This document shows positions 1 to 10,522 of a stretch of DNA of 64,000 nt, one piece after another (position 1 is the first letter of the stretch; every line of letters starts with the position of its first letter). The stretch is from an uncultured Acidobacteriota bacterium (GTDB lineage Bacteria > Acidobacteriota > Thermoanaerobaculia > UBA5066 > Gp7-AA6). A program made the position numbers and the translations under genes. Below the pieces are notes generated by a model, which worked only from the letters and a program-made list of their open reading frames with translations, did not search any database and was not told the origin of the DNA. The DNA lies in the NCBI GenBank assembly GCA_963739435.1, contig CAVUAN010000024.1:39486-103485 (forward strand), given 5' to 3'.

Positions 1-609
1 GCGAGCACGAGCTCGACGCCGAGGCGCGAAGCTCCGAGCAGGAAGGAGTTGGGCACGGCCATCGGCAAGCGCCTTCGGATGGTACGCCCACGTGAGCAGC
101 ACCTTGCGCCCTTTTGCGTCGCCCAGGCGCTCCCGGATCGTCATCGCGTCGGCCATCGCCTGGCAGGGGTGATCGAGGGGCGACTCCAGGTTCACGACGG
201 GCACGCCCGAGTAGGCCGCAAAGGCCGAGAGGACGGGCTCGCGCCGGTCCTTCGCGTAGTCCTTCCCGAGCGGAAACGACCGCACGCCGAGCAGGTCGCA
301 GTACCGGCCGAGAACGCCGGCCCCCTCCTGGACGTGCTCCGCCGCCGCGCCATCCATGACGACGCCGTCCTCGTACTCCATTGCCCAGGCGTCGCCTCCG
401 ACCGAGAGGGCGACAGGCGTGCCGCCGAGCTTCGACACGGCGACCTCCATCGAGACACGCGTGCGCAGCGACGGGTTGAAGAAGACGAGCCCCACGTGGA
501 GACCGCTCAGGGCGCGGCTCTCGGCCCCCTGCCGGAATTCCTCTCCGCGAGCGAGCAGGCCATCGAAGTCCCCTTGCGGCAGGCCGCGCGTCGTCAGGAA
601 GTGCCTCAC
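1..609 (-). CDS. argF: Acyl-ornithine (N-acetyl/N-succinyl-ornithine) carbamoyltransferase-type transcarbamylase, N-terminal ~203 aa; continues past the window start
   Basis: Manual minus-strand translation from GTG at 609 gives MRHFLTTRGLPQGDFDGLLARGEEFRQG..VGLVFFNPSLRTRVSMEVAVSKLGGTPVAL..GGDAWAMEYEDGVVMDG..EHVQEGAGVLGRYCDLLGVRSFP..ESPLDHPCQAMAD..LTWAYHPKALPMAVPNSFLLGASRLGVELVLA. The FNPSLRTR, DAW..E, HPCQ and YHPK..AV.NS motifs match the AOTCase/SOTCase family as I recall it. The + strand ORF 49..612 is its shadow. Confidence 0.8.
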   Translation of the reverse strand, partial: MRHFLTTRGLPQGDFDGLLARGEEFRQGAESRALSGLHVGLVFFNPSLRTRVSMEVAVSKLGGTPVALSVGGDAWAMEYEDGVVMDGAAAEHVQEGAGVLGRYCDLLGVRSFPLGKDYAKDRREPVLSAFAAYSGVPVVNLESPLDHPCQAMADAMTIRERLGDAKGRKVLLTWAYHPKALADGRAQLLPARSFAPRRRARAR

Positions 610-613
610 TGAA

Positions 614-1754
614 TCACCCCAGCACCTCGGCGAAGACAGCCAGGAACCGGTCGATCTCCTCGGAGGTGAGGACGAGGGGCGGCAGGAGGCGGAGTGTGTC
701 CGACAGGTCGCGAGCCGCCGACGAGAACGCCCTTGCCGAGCAGGGCTTCGCGCACCGGCTTGCCCGGCCGGTCGAGGGCGACGCCGAGCAGGTACCCTTC
801 GCCCCGCACCTCCCGCACGGCCGCAATCTGCCGCAGGCCCTGCCTCAGGCGTGTCGAGCCGTCCCGGACGCGGTCGAGCAGGCCCTCCTCCTCGATCACG
901 CGCACGGTGGCCTCGGCCGCGGCGCAGGCCAGCGGCCCGCCGCCGAAGGTCGTGCCGTACTCGTCGAACTTCACCGTCTTGGCGATCTCTTCGGAGACGA
1001 GCACGGCTCCCATCGGAATCCCGCTCCCGATGCCCTTGGCGAGCGCGACGAGGTCGGGCGTGACGCCGTGCTTTCCCGCGTAGAAGAAGGAGCCCGTGCG
1101 GCCGAAGCCGGTCTGGACCTCGTCGTAGATCAGCTTGGCGCCCCGGCGGTAGCAGGCCGCCTGGACGCCGCGCAGATAGTCCGGCTCGCCGACGATCACG
1201 CCGGCCATGCTCTGGATCGGCTCGAGGAAGACGGCGGCGACCTGGCCGTCGAGCGAGGCCTCGAGTGCTGCGAGATCGTTGAACGGCACGATCCGGTGGC
1301 CGGGGACGTTGGGCTTGCCGAGCTCCCGGTACTTGGGCAAGCCCGCTGCAGAGATCGCGTCGGCCGTGCGGCCGTGGAAGCCGCCCTCGAAGGACACGAC
1401 GTCCGGCCGCCCTGTCACCCGCCGCGCCAGGCGCATGGCGTTCTCGGAGGCCTCGGTCCCGGAGTTGACGAAGAACACGCTCGCCAGCGGTTCGCGCGCG
1501 TGGGCGAGGATCGCCTGGGCCGCGCGGGTGCGGACCGGAAGCGAAACGACGTTCGAGTAAAAGATCAGCTCCCGGGCCTGCGCGGCGATTGCCTCGACGA
1601 CCTTCGGGTGGCAATGCCCCGTCGCGCAGACGGCGTGCCCGCCATAAAGGTCGAGATAGCTCTTCCCCTCCTCGTCCCACACGGTCGAGCCTGAGCCGCG
1701 CACGAGCGCGATCGGCCAGCGCGTGTAGGTGGGAAGCTCGACGGGCGCCGCCAT
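614..1754 (-). CDS. argD: Acetylornithine aminotransferase (class III PLP), apparent frameshift near 710
   Basis: ORF 606..1754 carries GGHAVCATGHCHP, FFVNSGTEASE, DEVQTGFGRTG and TFGGGPLACAAA. Its C-terminus degenerates after GVLVGGS. The conserved end LRLLPPLVLTSEEIDRFLAVFAEVLG lies in the overlapping frame (ORF 614..826). Confidence 0.9.
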
Positions 1755-1756
1755 GC

Positions 1757-2788
1757 TCAGGGGAAGACTCCCGTCATCTTGAGGCCCGACGTCTCGGGCA
1801 GGCTGAACATGATGTTCATGGCCTGGATCGCCTGCCCGGCAGCGCCCTTGACGAGGTTGTCGATGGCGACGAAGACCTTGGCGACGCGCCCTTGCGAGGC
1901 GACGCCGATGTCGGCGAAGTTCGTGCCCTTGACGGCGGCCACGTCGGGCGAGCCGTCCACGATGCGGATGAAGAACTCCCTCCCGTAGGCCTCTTCGAAG
2001 ATCGCCTTCAAGGCCGCCTTGTCCAGCTCGGAGTTCAGCGGCACGGCCGCCATCGCGAAGATCCCGCGCACGAGCGGGGCCGAGTGCGTCTGAAAGACGA
2101 TCCGGCCCGCGGCGGGTTTACCGATCGCGGAGAGCGACTCCTCGATCTCGGGCAGATGGCGGTGGCCGTCGATCGAGTAGGCGAAGAAAGCCGAGGCGCG
2201 GCGGGGATGGTGCGTCGTCGGGCTCGGCGTGACGCCCGCTCCCGAGGAGCCCGTGATCGCAAAGACCGTGACGGGCGCCGTTTCGTCCACGAGGCCGGAG
2301 CGCCAGAGGGGGGCAACGGCCAGGATCGAGGCCGTGGCGAAGCAGCCGGGCGACGCGACCGCGCGTGTTGCCGCGATTTGCTCGCGAAACAGCTCCGGCA
2401 GCCCGTACACGAACTCCTTCTGGCGGGCGAAGCCCGCGGGGACGGGCCCGTAGAACCTCTCGAAGGAGACCGGGCTTTTCAGGCGAAAGTCGGCCGACAG
2501 GTCCACGACCGGGATGCCCGTATCGAGCAGCGCCGGCGCGATCTCCGAGGCATAACCGTGGGCGCCGGCCAGGAAGATGACCTCCGGCTCGTCCGGTCCC
2601 TTCGGCAGCTCGCTCGAGAAAGTCATGTCGGTCAGGCGCGAGAGGTGCGCATGCACCGCCGAAACAGGCTGGCCCGCCTGCGAGCGCGAGATGACGGCGG
2701 TCGGCTCCGCTTTCGGATGGTCGAGCAGCAGACGCAGGAGCTCTCCCCCCGCGTATCCGCTCGCTCCGTAGATCGCGGCCTTGATCAT
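1757..2788 (-). CDS. argC: N-acetyl-gamma-glutamyl-phosphate reductase
   Basis: Internal ATG at 2788 of ORF 1757..3373 gives MIKAAIYGASGYAGGELLRLL..SPGCFATASILAVAPL..DNLVKGAAGQAIQAMN. The start overlaps the upstream stop by 4 nt. Confidence 0.92.
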   Translation of the reverse strand: MIKAAIYGASGYAGGELLRLLLDHPKAEPTAVISRSQAGQPVSAVHAHLSRLTDMTFSSELPKGPDEPEVIFLAGAHGYASEIAPALLDTGIPVVDLSADFRLKSPVSFERFYGPVPAGFARQKEFVYGLPELFREQIAATRAVASPGCFATASILAVAPLWRSGLVDETAPVTVFAITGSSGAGVTPSPTTHHPRRASAFFAYSIDGHRHLPEIEESLSAIGKPAAGRIVFQTHSAPLVRGIFAMAAVPLNSELDKAALKAIFEEAYGREFFIRIVDGSPDVAAVKGTNFADIGVASQGRVAKVFVAIDNLVKGAAGQAIQAMNIMFSLPETSGLKMTGVFP

Positions 2789-3807
2789 GGCTTGTGAATC
2801 TCCTCGTAAACGATGCCGAAAAGCGCGCGGCCATCCGTCTTTGCGTTGGCCGCCGGCAGCTTCAGCTGCTCGGCGATGTAGTCGGTACCCGTCTGGTTGT
2901 CGGTCACGGGCCCCGAGACGACCGTGATCGGGATCTTCCACTGTTCCATGAGCTTCTGCGCGCCCCACGCGGCGACGAGGTCGTTGGCGCACATGACCAC
3001 GGCCTTGGTCGCCGCGACGAGATCCGGGTGCTCGAAGAAGCTGCCCACGTGGTAGTCGCCGAGGATGCCATCGCCGAGCTCCAGCACGATCACATCGGGC
3101 TTCTTGGCCGCGAGCTCCGCGAGGATCGCACGGGCATAGGGCGCCAGGTCCTTGACGCGCGCCGTGGACGGAAGGCCGCAGTCGAGGAACGAGAGCGTGG
3201 CGAAGGCTCCGTGATCTTCCATGTCGAGCGTGTCCTTCAAGGCCGCGACGCCCGAGAGCTTGGCAGCGGCCACGCGCGTTCCGGCCTGAGCGAAGCGCTT
3301 GACGATCTCGGAGGCCGCCCCGGTCTTGCCGGCGCTCATGCAGGTTCCGGCGACGACCACGAGGGGCGGGCACTTCGGCAGGTCCTCGCGCGGGAGCAGC
3401 GCGTTCTGCGAGATGTTGGCGGGCTTGCCGTTGAGCATCACGGAGCCCAGGACCTCGACTTCGAGGGGAGAGCCCACGTCGGGGTTCTTGCCGATGCAGA
3501 CGCCGAGGACGCCTCCGATGTTCAAGACGTGGATCGTGTCTCCCGTGTGGATGGACTCCGGGATCGTGCCGACGAATCCCTTCAACGCGCGGCGGTACCC
3601 GAGGGTGCCCGCCAGGACGTCGCCCTTGTTGATCTTCGCCATCCGCCCGGATGTCAGCTCCAGGCGGTCATAGACGCTCTTTTCCATGAGGGCGCGCACC
3701 GCGAGCACGTTGCCTTCCTTCGCCTCGACGTGGGGAGAAACCTCCACCTCCCGGGGCAGGCGCAGGCGCGCCGTCGAGGATCCGATCTTGTCCAGAATCG
3801 TCTTCAT
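2785..3807 (-). CDS. Uncharacterised 340-aa protein with a BioD/CobQ/DUF1611-like P-loop (VVVAGTCMSAGKTGAA), translationally coupled inside the arg operon
   Basis: Internal ATG at 3807 of ORF 2785..4989 gives MKTILDKIGSSTARLRLPREVEV.. and the rest reads as coherent non-repetitive protein. It has 4-nt overlaps with both argG (stop at 3804) and argC (start at 2788). The GTxxxxGKT motif is typical of the dethiobiotin-synthase/DUF1611 superfamily. That family assignment is from memory and has not been searched. Confidence 0.75.
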   Translation of the reverse strand: MKTILDKIGSSTARLRLPREVEVSPHVEAKEGNVLAVRALMEKSVYDRLELTSGRMAKINKGDVLAGTLGYRRALKGFVGTIPESIHTGDTIHVLNIGGVLGVCIGKNPDVGSPLEVEVLGSVMLNGKPANISQNALLPREDLPKCPPLVVVAGTCMSAGKTGAASEIVKRFAQAGTRVAAAKLSGVAALKDTLDMEDHGAFATLSFLDCGLPSTARVKDLAPYARAILAELAAKKPDVIVLELGDGILGDYHVGSFFEHPDLVAATKAVVMCANDLVAAWGAQKLMEQWKIPITVVSGPVTDNQTGTDYIAEQLKLPAANAKTDGRALFGIVYEEIHKP

Positions 3808-5012
3808 CGAGTCCGTCCCTTCGCGAGCGAAGACAGCATGCCCGGCAACGCCAGAGTCTTGCCGATTCCCTTGGATTCCTCCGGCGAGAGATACGCATTG
3901 GTCTCGCCGTAACGCACGACCGAGGAGCGCATGAGCGAGTGCGGGCTCCGGACGCCGAGCACGTCGAAGGTCCCGGGCGTGAAGCGCAGGCGAGCCTGTC
4001 CCGTGACACGGGCCTGGCTCGCGCTCAGGAACGCCGCCGCATCGGCGGCCGCCGGATCGAAGGCGAGGCCCTCGTGGAGCAGGCGGCCGTAGGCCTCGGC
4101 GACCTGGACCTTGAGCTGCCGCTGCTCCTTTGTCAGGACCAGCTTTTCCAACTCGGCGTGCGCGGCGATCAGCGCGAGGGCCGCCGGCGCTTCGAAGACG
4201 ATGCGCCCCTTGGCGCCGAGGATCGTGTCGCCGATGTGAATACCCCGCCCGGCGGCGTACCGCCGGCCGAGGGCGTTCAACCGCGCAATCAGGTCGAGCG
4301 CGGGCACCGGCTTGCCGTCGAGCGACACCGGCCGGCCGCGCCGGAACCCGATCGAGACCGTGCGCGGCGTCTTCGGCGCTTCCGCCAGGGTGTTGCCCGG
4401 AAACAGGTCTTCGGGCGGCATCTCCCACGGGTCGTGCGTCTCGCCCCCGCCGATCGTCGTGCCCCAGAGACCCTCGTTGACCGAGTAGCGCGTGGTCTTG
4501 CGCGGGATGACGACCCCGCGCGCCGCGCAATAGGCCGTCTCCGCTTCGCGCGAGAGTCCGCTGTCCCGGATGGGCGCTCTCACCTCGATCTCCGGCGCCA
4601 GGACGCGAAGCGCCGCGTCGAAGCGGAACTGGTCGTTGCCTGCCGCCGTCGAGCCGTGCACGATCGCCTCGGCGCCCGCGCGCCGCGCATACTTGGCCAC
4701 GGCCTGCGCCTGCACGGCGCGCTCGGCCGCCACCGAGAGCGGGTACACGCCGCCCCGCAGAACGTTGCCGAAGATCAAGGGCAGCGCGTAGCGCTCGAGG
4801 ACCTCGCTGCGTCCGTCCACGACGACGTGGCGGGCGACTTTCGCGGCGCGCGCGCGCGAGGCGATTGTCCGCTTCTCCGCCGGAGAAAAGCCTCCCGTAT
4901 CGACGGTCACGGCATGGACGGCGTTGCCCTCCTCGCGCAGGAGCAGCGCGCAGTAGGTGGTGTCCAGACCACCAGAAAAGGCAAGGCACACGACCGGCGA
5001 GCGGCGTTTCAT
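3804..5012 (-). CDS. argG: Argininosuccinate synthase
   Basis: ORF 402 aa with AFSGGLDTT (PP-loop), HGSTAAGNDQFRF, and ..NEGLWG...GGE. Confidence 0.93.
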   Translation of the reverse strand: MKRRSPVVCLAFSGGLDTTYCALLLREEGNAVHAVTVDTGGFSPAEKRTIASRARAAKVARHVVVDGRSEVLERYALPLIFGNVLRGGVYPLSVAAERAVQAQAVAKYARRAGAEAIVHGSTAAGNDQFRFDAALRVLAPEIEVRAPIRDSGLSREAETAYCAARGVVIPRKTTRYSVNEGLWGTTIGGGETHDPWEMPPEDLFPGNTLAEAPKTPRTVSIGFRRGRPVSLDGKPVPALDLIARLNALGRRYAAGRGIHIGDTILGAKGRIVFEAPAALALIAAHAELEKLVLTKEQRQLKVQVAEAYGRLLHEGLAFDPAAADAAAFLSASQARVTGQARLRFTPGTFDVLGVRSPHSLMRSSVVRYGETNAYLSPEESKGIGKTLALPGMLSSLAKGRTR

Positions 5013-5247
5013 GAGGCGGCGGCTTGGTGGGTGTTTACGGGATTAACACACCCGCGCCGTCGCCATGGAGGTGATCCTCCTGGCTGGGCGGGCATGCTCG
5101 GCGCGAATCGAAACCACGATTTGCATAAATGGGCCAAGCGGCCCGGCATGTCAAGTGTTTTTTGTTGCTCGGCGGCCTCGACGCGGGCGACGTCGTCCGC
5201 ATCGCCGGCGACTAGCCGGGCCGCCACCGTGGCGTAGGATGGCCCCG

Positions 5248-6448
5248 ATGGCGGGCAGGCACATCGGGATCCTGACGGGCGGCGGCGACGTGCCGGGCCT
5301 AAACTCCGCGATCAAGTCCGTTTACCACTCGGCCAAGCAGCGCGGCTGGCTCCGCCCGGGGACGTCGGAAGCCAGCGTCACCGGGATCCTGCGGGGATGG
5401 AAAGGCGCGCTGGGGATGGGCGAAGATCCGTCGGCTTCGGCGGGCATCGACACGATGCCCTTGACCGACGCCGCCGTGCGAAAAGTGGACCGTTACGGCG
5501 GCACTTTTCTGCACACGTCCCGCACGCGGCCCGACCGGATCAACGTCCGCGATCTGCCCGAGACGGCTGAAGGCGAAAGCAGGCGAGTTGCCGCGCGTCG
5601 GCGGCGGCGAGGACATCGTCGACGCCACCGACGCCGTGATCCGCAATCTCAAGGGCCACCGCATCGACTGCCTCGTCGCCATCGGCGGGGACGACACACT
5701 GGGCTATGCCCACACGCTCCACCGCCGCGGCTTTCCGGTCATCGGCATACCCAAGACGATGGACAACGACGTGCGGGGCACGGAGTATGCCCTGGGTTTC
5801 TCCACGGCGCTCACGCGCTCTGTCGAGTTCATCAACCGGCAGAGGACGCACCTCGGGTCCAACGAGGTCGTCGGCGTCTTCCGAGTCTTCGGGCGCAACG
5901 CCGGGTTCACGTCGCTCGGAACCGCCATGGCGATCTCCGATATCCGTTGCGCGATACCGGAGCACGCCTTCGACCTCGACGCGCTCTGCAGGCTGGTCGC
6001 CGCCGACCACCGCGAGCACGAGAGCCACTACGCCATGGTCGTGATTTCGGAGGGCGCCATGTGGAAGGGCGGCCAGGTCCAGGAGTACGGCGAGCCCGAC
6101 GGCTTCGGCCACCGCAAGAAGATGAATGTCGGCGAGCAGCTCGCGCAGGAGATCGCGCGGGTCACGAAGCTGCCCACGCGGCCCCAGGATCTGACGTACG
6201 ACCTGCGCAGCGGCGACCCCGACCCCCTCGACCGCATCGTTGCGTCGACCTTCGGCGCGCTGGCCGTCGAGCTGCTCGCCGAAGGCACGACCGGCCGCAT
6301 GCTCGGCATCGAGAAGGGCACCTATACGCATTCCCCGCTGCCCGACGCCAAGCGCGGCGCCCGCACGGTCGACGTGGCGGCCTACTACGACACGGACCGC
6401 TTCCGCCCCCGTTTCGCCACCCAGCTCGGCAAGCCGATCTTTTTCTGA
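5248..6448 (+). CDS. pfk: 6-phosphofructokinase (ATP- or PPi-dependent PFK family), apparent frameshift near 5565
   Basis: The N-terminus MAGRHIGILTGGGDVPGLNSAIK is in the frame of ORF 5065..6456 (alternative ATG at 5239). The rest, LVAIGGDDTLGYA, GIPKTMDNDV and VFGRNAGF, is in ORF 5588..6448. The junction reads DLPET|LKAKAGELPRV, consistent with one extra base. Confidence 0.88.
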
Positions 6449-6452
6449 CATC

Positions 6453-8858
6453 GTGAAACCGGAACGCGCCGCCGCGACACAGACCCGACCGGCCATCGTC
6501 GCGGCGGACTCGGACGCCGTGGCGCGCTACCGGCGGGCGGTCGATTACATCGCCGCGGGGCAGATCTATCTCAAGGCCAACCCTCTGCTCTCCCGGAAGC
6601 TCACGGCCGCGCACATCAAGGACCGGCTGCTCGGGCACTGGGGAACGGCGCCGGGCATCAACCTGCTCTGCGCGCACTTGAATCGCCTGATCGTCCGGAC
6701 CAATGCCAGCGTGATGCTCGTCACCGGGCCTGGCCACGGAGCCGCGGCGAACATGGCGAACATGTGGATCGAGGGAACGCTCACGGAGTTCTATCCCGAC
6801 GTCACGCGCGACCGGCGCGGCCTCGAGCTGCTCTTCAAGCGCTTCTCCTGGCCCTACGGATTCCCCTCCCACCTCTCGCCCGCGCTGCCCGGCGTGATCC
6901 ACGAGGGCGGCGAGCTCGGCTACGCCCTCTCGACTTCCTTCGGCGCGGTGTTCGACAACCCCGACCTGATCACGGTCTGCCTCGTGGGCGACGGCGAGGC
7001 GGAGACCGGGCCGACGGCCGGAGCCTGGACGGGCATCAAGTTCGTCAACCCCGCAACCGACGGCGCCGTGCTTCCGATCCTCGATCTCAACGGCTTCAAG
7101 ATCTCGAACCCATCGATCTCGGCTTCGATGACCGATGAAGAATTGACTGCGCTCTACACCGGCCACGGCTACGCCGTTCGTTTCGTCAACGGCGGAGCCT
7201 CGCTCGACGCCGATACCGACGCGGCTCTCGGCTGGGCGTACGGCGCAGATCCAGCAGATCCAGTCGGAGGCGAGAGCGGGCCGGCCGCCCGAGCGGCCGC
7301 GCTGGCCGCATGCTGATTCTCCGGACGCCGAAAGGTCTCGGCTGCCCGAAGGTGATCGACGGCCTGCCCGTCGAAGGCTCCTTCCGCTCGCACCAGCTTC
7401 CCGTCAAGGACCCGAAGGAGAACCCGGCGCACCTCGCAGATCCTCGAGAAGTGGCTGCGCTCCTACCGGCCCGAAGAGCTCTTCGACCGCGAGGGCCGCC
7501 CGGCCGCGGACATCGATCGCTCTCTGCCCGCCGAGGGAGAAGCGCATCGCCATGAACCCGCACGCCTTCGGCGGAGACCGCCGCGTCCCGCTCGAGCTGC
7601 CGCCGCTCGAGAAGCATGCCGTGCGCGTCGCGACGCCGGGCGCGATCGTGATGAGCCATATGAAGCCCCTGTCGGCCTACCTCTCGGAGGTCATCGCATC
7701 GAACGCGGCGGCGCGCAACTTCCGCATCGTCTGCCCGGACGAGCTCGAGTCGAACCGGCTGGGCGACGTTGCTCGAGGTCACCCGGCGGCAGTACAACTG
7801 GCCGCTGCCTCCGGGGACGGAAAAGACCGGCGCGCGACGGCCGCGTGCTCGAGATCCTCTCGGAGCACGCCTGTCAGGGCTGGCTGCAGGGCTATCTGCT
7901 GACGGGCCGGCACGGCCTCTTCCCCTGCTACGAGGCGTTCCTGCCGATCGTGGACGGGATGATGAACCAGTACGCGAAGTTCCTGAAGGCGTCGGGCGAG
8001 GTCCCCTGGCGCAAGCCCGTCTCGTCCCTCAACTACCTGTTGACCTCGGAGACCTGGCGGCAGGACCACAACGGCTTCTCGCACCAGGGACCGGGGTTCA
8101 TCAACAACCTGCTGACGAAGAAGGGCAAGACCTACCGCATCTACCTGCCGCCCGACGCCAACTGCCTCTTGTCGACGATGGACCACTGCCTGCGCTCGAC
8201 CAACTACATCAACCTCGTCATCGCCGGGAAGCAGCCGAGTCACCAGTGGCTGTCGATGGAAGAGGCGATCGAGCATTGCCGAGTCGGGACGTCCATCTGG
8301 CGCTGGGCATCTTCCAACGACGGCGAGGACCCGCAAGTCGTCATCGCCGGCTGCGGCGACAACCTGACGCTCGAGACGCTCGCCGCCGCCCGGATCCTGC
8401 GCGAAGAAATGCCGCATTGGCGCGTGCGCGTCGTCAACACGACTGACCTCGTCTCGCTCGGCGTGCCCTGGAAGTACCCGCACGGCATCGACGAGGAACG
8501 CTTCGCGCGCATCTTCCCGCCCGGCGTGCCCGTCATCTACAACTTCCACGGCTACACGGCGGCGATCAAGCAGCTCCTGTGGGAGCGGCCCGACAACCGC
8601 CGGTTCGATGTGAACGGCTACCGCGAAGAAGGCTCGACGACGACGCCGTTCGACATGCAGGTGCGCAACCGCACCAGCCGCTACCACGTCGCCATCCAGG
8701 CCGCCGGGGCCGTCGCTCGGGCGCATCCCGAAAGCGCCGCCCGCGCCGAGGAGCTCGTGCGCCGCTACGAGCGCAAGATCGCCGAGCACCGCGACTTCGT
8801 GTCGGAGCACGGCGTCGACCCCACGGAGATCACCGGCTGGAAATGGTCGGCGCGCTGA
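6453..8858 (+). CDS. xfp: Phosphoketolase (xylulose-5-P/fructose-6-P), interrupted by at least five apparent frameshifts (~7250, ~7308, ~7440, ~7770, ~7835)
   Basis: The pieces lie in ORFs 6240..7316, 7310..7555, 7552..7902, 7769..8446 and 7845..8858. Motifs include YLKANPLL, HWGTAPGINL, GPGHGAAA, EGGELGY, PRWP|MLILRTPKG, FRSHQLP, DELESNRLG and GLFPCYEAFL.IVDGM. GTG start at 6453, just after the pfk stop. Confidence 0.85.
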
Positions 8859-10003
8859 CCAGCGGATCCGTCCTCGTCTTCAACGCCGGGTCGAGCAGCC
8901 TCAAGTTCGCCCTCTTCGAGCACGGGAGCGAGACGGAAGCGGCGTCGGGGGCGATCGAAATGGCCTCGCCAGCCGACGCCCTGTCGGCGATTCTGGCAAA
9001 GATCCCGGAGACGGCGATCCAAGCGGTCGGCCATCGGTTCGTCCACGGCGGCACGGAGTTCCGGGAGGGCACGTTGGTCACACCCCGGGTCAAGGACTCG
9101 ATCCACCGCCTCTCTGAGCTCGCGCCGCTCCACAACCCTCCCGCCCTCGCGATCCTCGAGGCCGCGCAGAGGGCTTTTCCCGGCGTGCCGCATGTGGCCG
9201 TCTTCGACACATCCTTTTTTGCCGACCTGCCGGAGCGCGCCGCCGTCTATCCCCTTCCATGGGAGTGGCACGAGACGTGGGGCGTGCGCCGGTTCGGCTT
9301 CCACGGACTCTCGCACGCCTGGTGCGCCGGACGGGCCGCCGAGCTGCTGGGGCGGCCGGCCGAGAGCCTCCGTCTCGTGTCCTGCCACCTCGGCAACGGC
9401 TGCTCGGCAGCCGCTGTCGCCAGCGGCAAGCCGATAGCGACGACGATGGGATTCACGCCTTTGGACGGCCTCATGATGGGCGGCCGCGCGGGCTCGGTCG
9501 ATCCTGGCATCCTCCTCCACGTGATGCGCCACAAGGGCGTGGGCCTCGACGATCTCGACCGCATCCTGAACCGAGAATCGGGTCTTGCGGGCGTCTCGGG
9601 GGTCTCCTCCGATTTCCGAGAGGTCGAGGCAGCCGCCGCATCCGGACACGCGCGCGCCCGCCTGGCGATCGAGATCTACGGCGACCGCCTGCGCCAGGCC
9701 GTCGGTGCCTTCGCCGTGCTGCTCGGCGGCCTCGATGCGCTCGTCTTCACGGCCGGCGTGGGCGAGCACTCCGCTTCGCTGCGCGCCGCCGCCTGCACCG
9801 GCCTCGACGTCCTCGGGCTGCTTCTTTCCGCGGACAAGAACACGAAGGCTGTCCCGGACACCGACGTCGCCGCCGCCGGCTCTACGGGGCGTATCCTCGT
9901 CCTCCACACCCGCGAGGAGCTCATGATCGCCCGGGAGGCGCGGCGCCTCCTGTCGCGTACGAGAAGCTCAAGAGAGCCTCGGAGGCCGCCGAACGGGAGC
10001 TGA
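8843..10003 (+). CDS. ackA: Acetate kinase
   Basis: ATG at 8843 in ORF 8579..10003 gives VLVFNAGSSSLKF, GHRFVHGG, LAPLHNP, FGFHGLSH and CHLGNGCS. It overlaps the xfp stop, the classic xfp-ackA pairing. Confidence 0.92.
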   Translation: MVGALTSGSVLVFNAGSSSLKFALFEHGSETEAASGAIEMASPADALSAILAKIPETAIQAVGHRFVHGGTEFREGTLVTPRVKDSIHRLSELAPLHNPPALAILEAAQRAFPGVPHVAVFDTSFFADLPERAAVYPLPWEWHETWGVRRFGFHGLSHAWCAGRAAELLGRPAESLRLVSCHLGNGCSAAAVASGKPIATTMGFTPLDGLMMGGRAGSVDPGILLHVMRHKGVGLDDLDRILNRESGLAGVSGVSSDFREVEAAAASGHARARLAIEIYGDRLRQAVGAFAVLLGGLDALVFTAGVGEHSASLRAAACTGLDVLGLLLSADKNTKAVPDTDVAAAGSTGRILVLHTREELMIAREARRLLSRTRSSREPRRPPNGS

Positions 10004-10044
10004 AGAAGTTAGGCGGCCTTCCGAGGAACAGCAGGGCTGACGAA

Positions 10045-10488
10045 CTAGAGTGCGCGAACGGTCATCACGGGGCACGGCGCCGTCGAGATGACACGAGAGG
10101 CCACACTCCCGACGAAGTACCGGGAAACTCCTTTGCGGCCATGGGTTCCCATGACGACGAGATCGGCCGCGTTCTTCTCCGCTGCGTCCGAAATGGCCTC
10201 GTAAGGGGCGCCGGAAAGAACCAACGCGCGGGCATCGACTCCGGCCTTCTTGGCGTCCTTCACCATCGGCTCCAGTTTGGCCTCGGCCTTCGTCCGCAGG
10301 TTTTGATCCCACTCGTCGTAAGTTCCAGGCGCGACGGCCTCGGCCTGGGCCATGTTCGGAGCCTGGTAGACATAGGTGATCATCAGCTCCGATCCCTCGT
10401 CCTTGGCCATCTCGATGGCTTCTTTCAAAGCGGGCTCCGAGGCCTTCGTGAGATCCGTGGCAACGATGATCTTTCGAAACGTCTTCAT
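10045..10488 (-). CDS. Universal stress protein (UspA family)
   Basis: 147 aa: KIIVATDLTKAS..ADLVVMGTHGRKG..FVGSVASRVISTAPCPVMTV. Confidence 0.88.
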   Translation of the reverse strand: MKTFRKIIVATDLTKASEPALKEAIEMAKDEGSELMITYVYQAPNMAQAEAVAPGTYDEWDQNLRTKAEAKLEPMVKDAKKAGVDARALVLSGAPYEAISDAAEKNAADLVVMGTHGRKGVSRYFVGSVASRVISTAPCPVMTVRAL

Positions 10489-10522
10489 GGTCCCCTCCTC
10501 TCTCTAAAAGGTGTCGTTCTCC

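Noticed and set aside
49-612. A 187-aa + strand ORF at the window start.
   Set aside because: It lies antisense to a clean, motif-rich transcarbamylase reading frame, and its own translation is Arg/His-rich nonsense.
6453-8858. Calling phosphoketolase and other frameshifted genes true pseudogenes.
   Set aside because: Every fragment keeps excellent conservation with no in-frame stops or degenerated motifs, and frameshifts also hit genes such as argD and pfk. Indel errors in the assembly are the more economical explanation. I therefore annotated them as CDS with a caveat rather than as pseudogenes.
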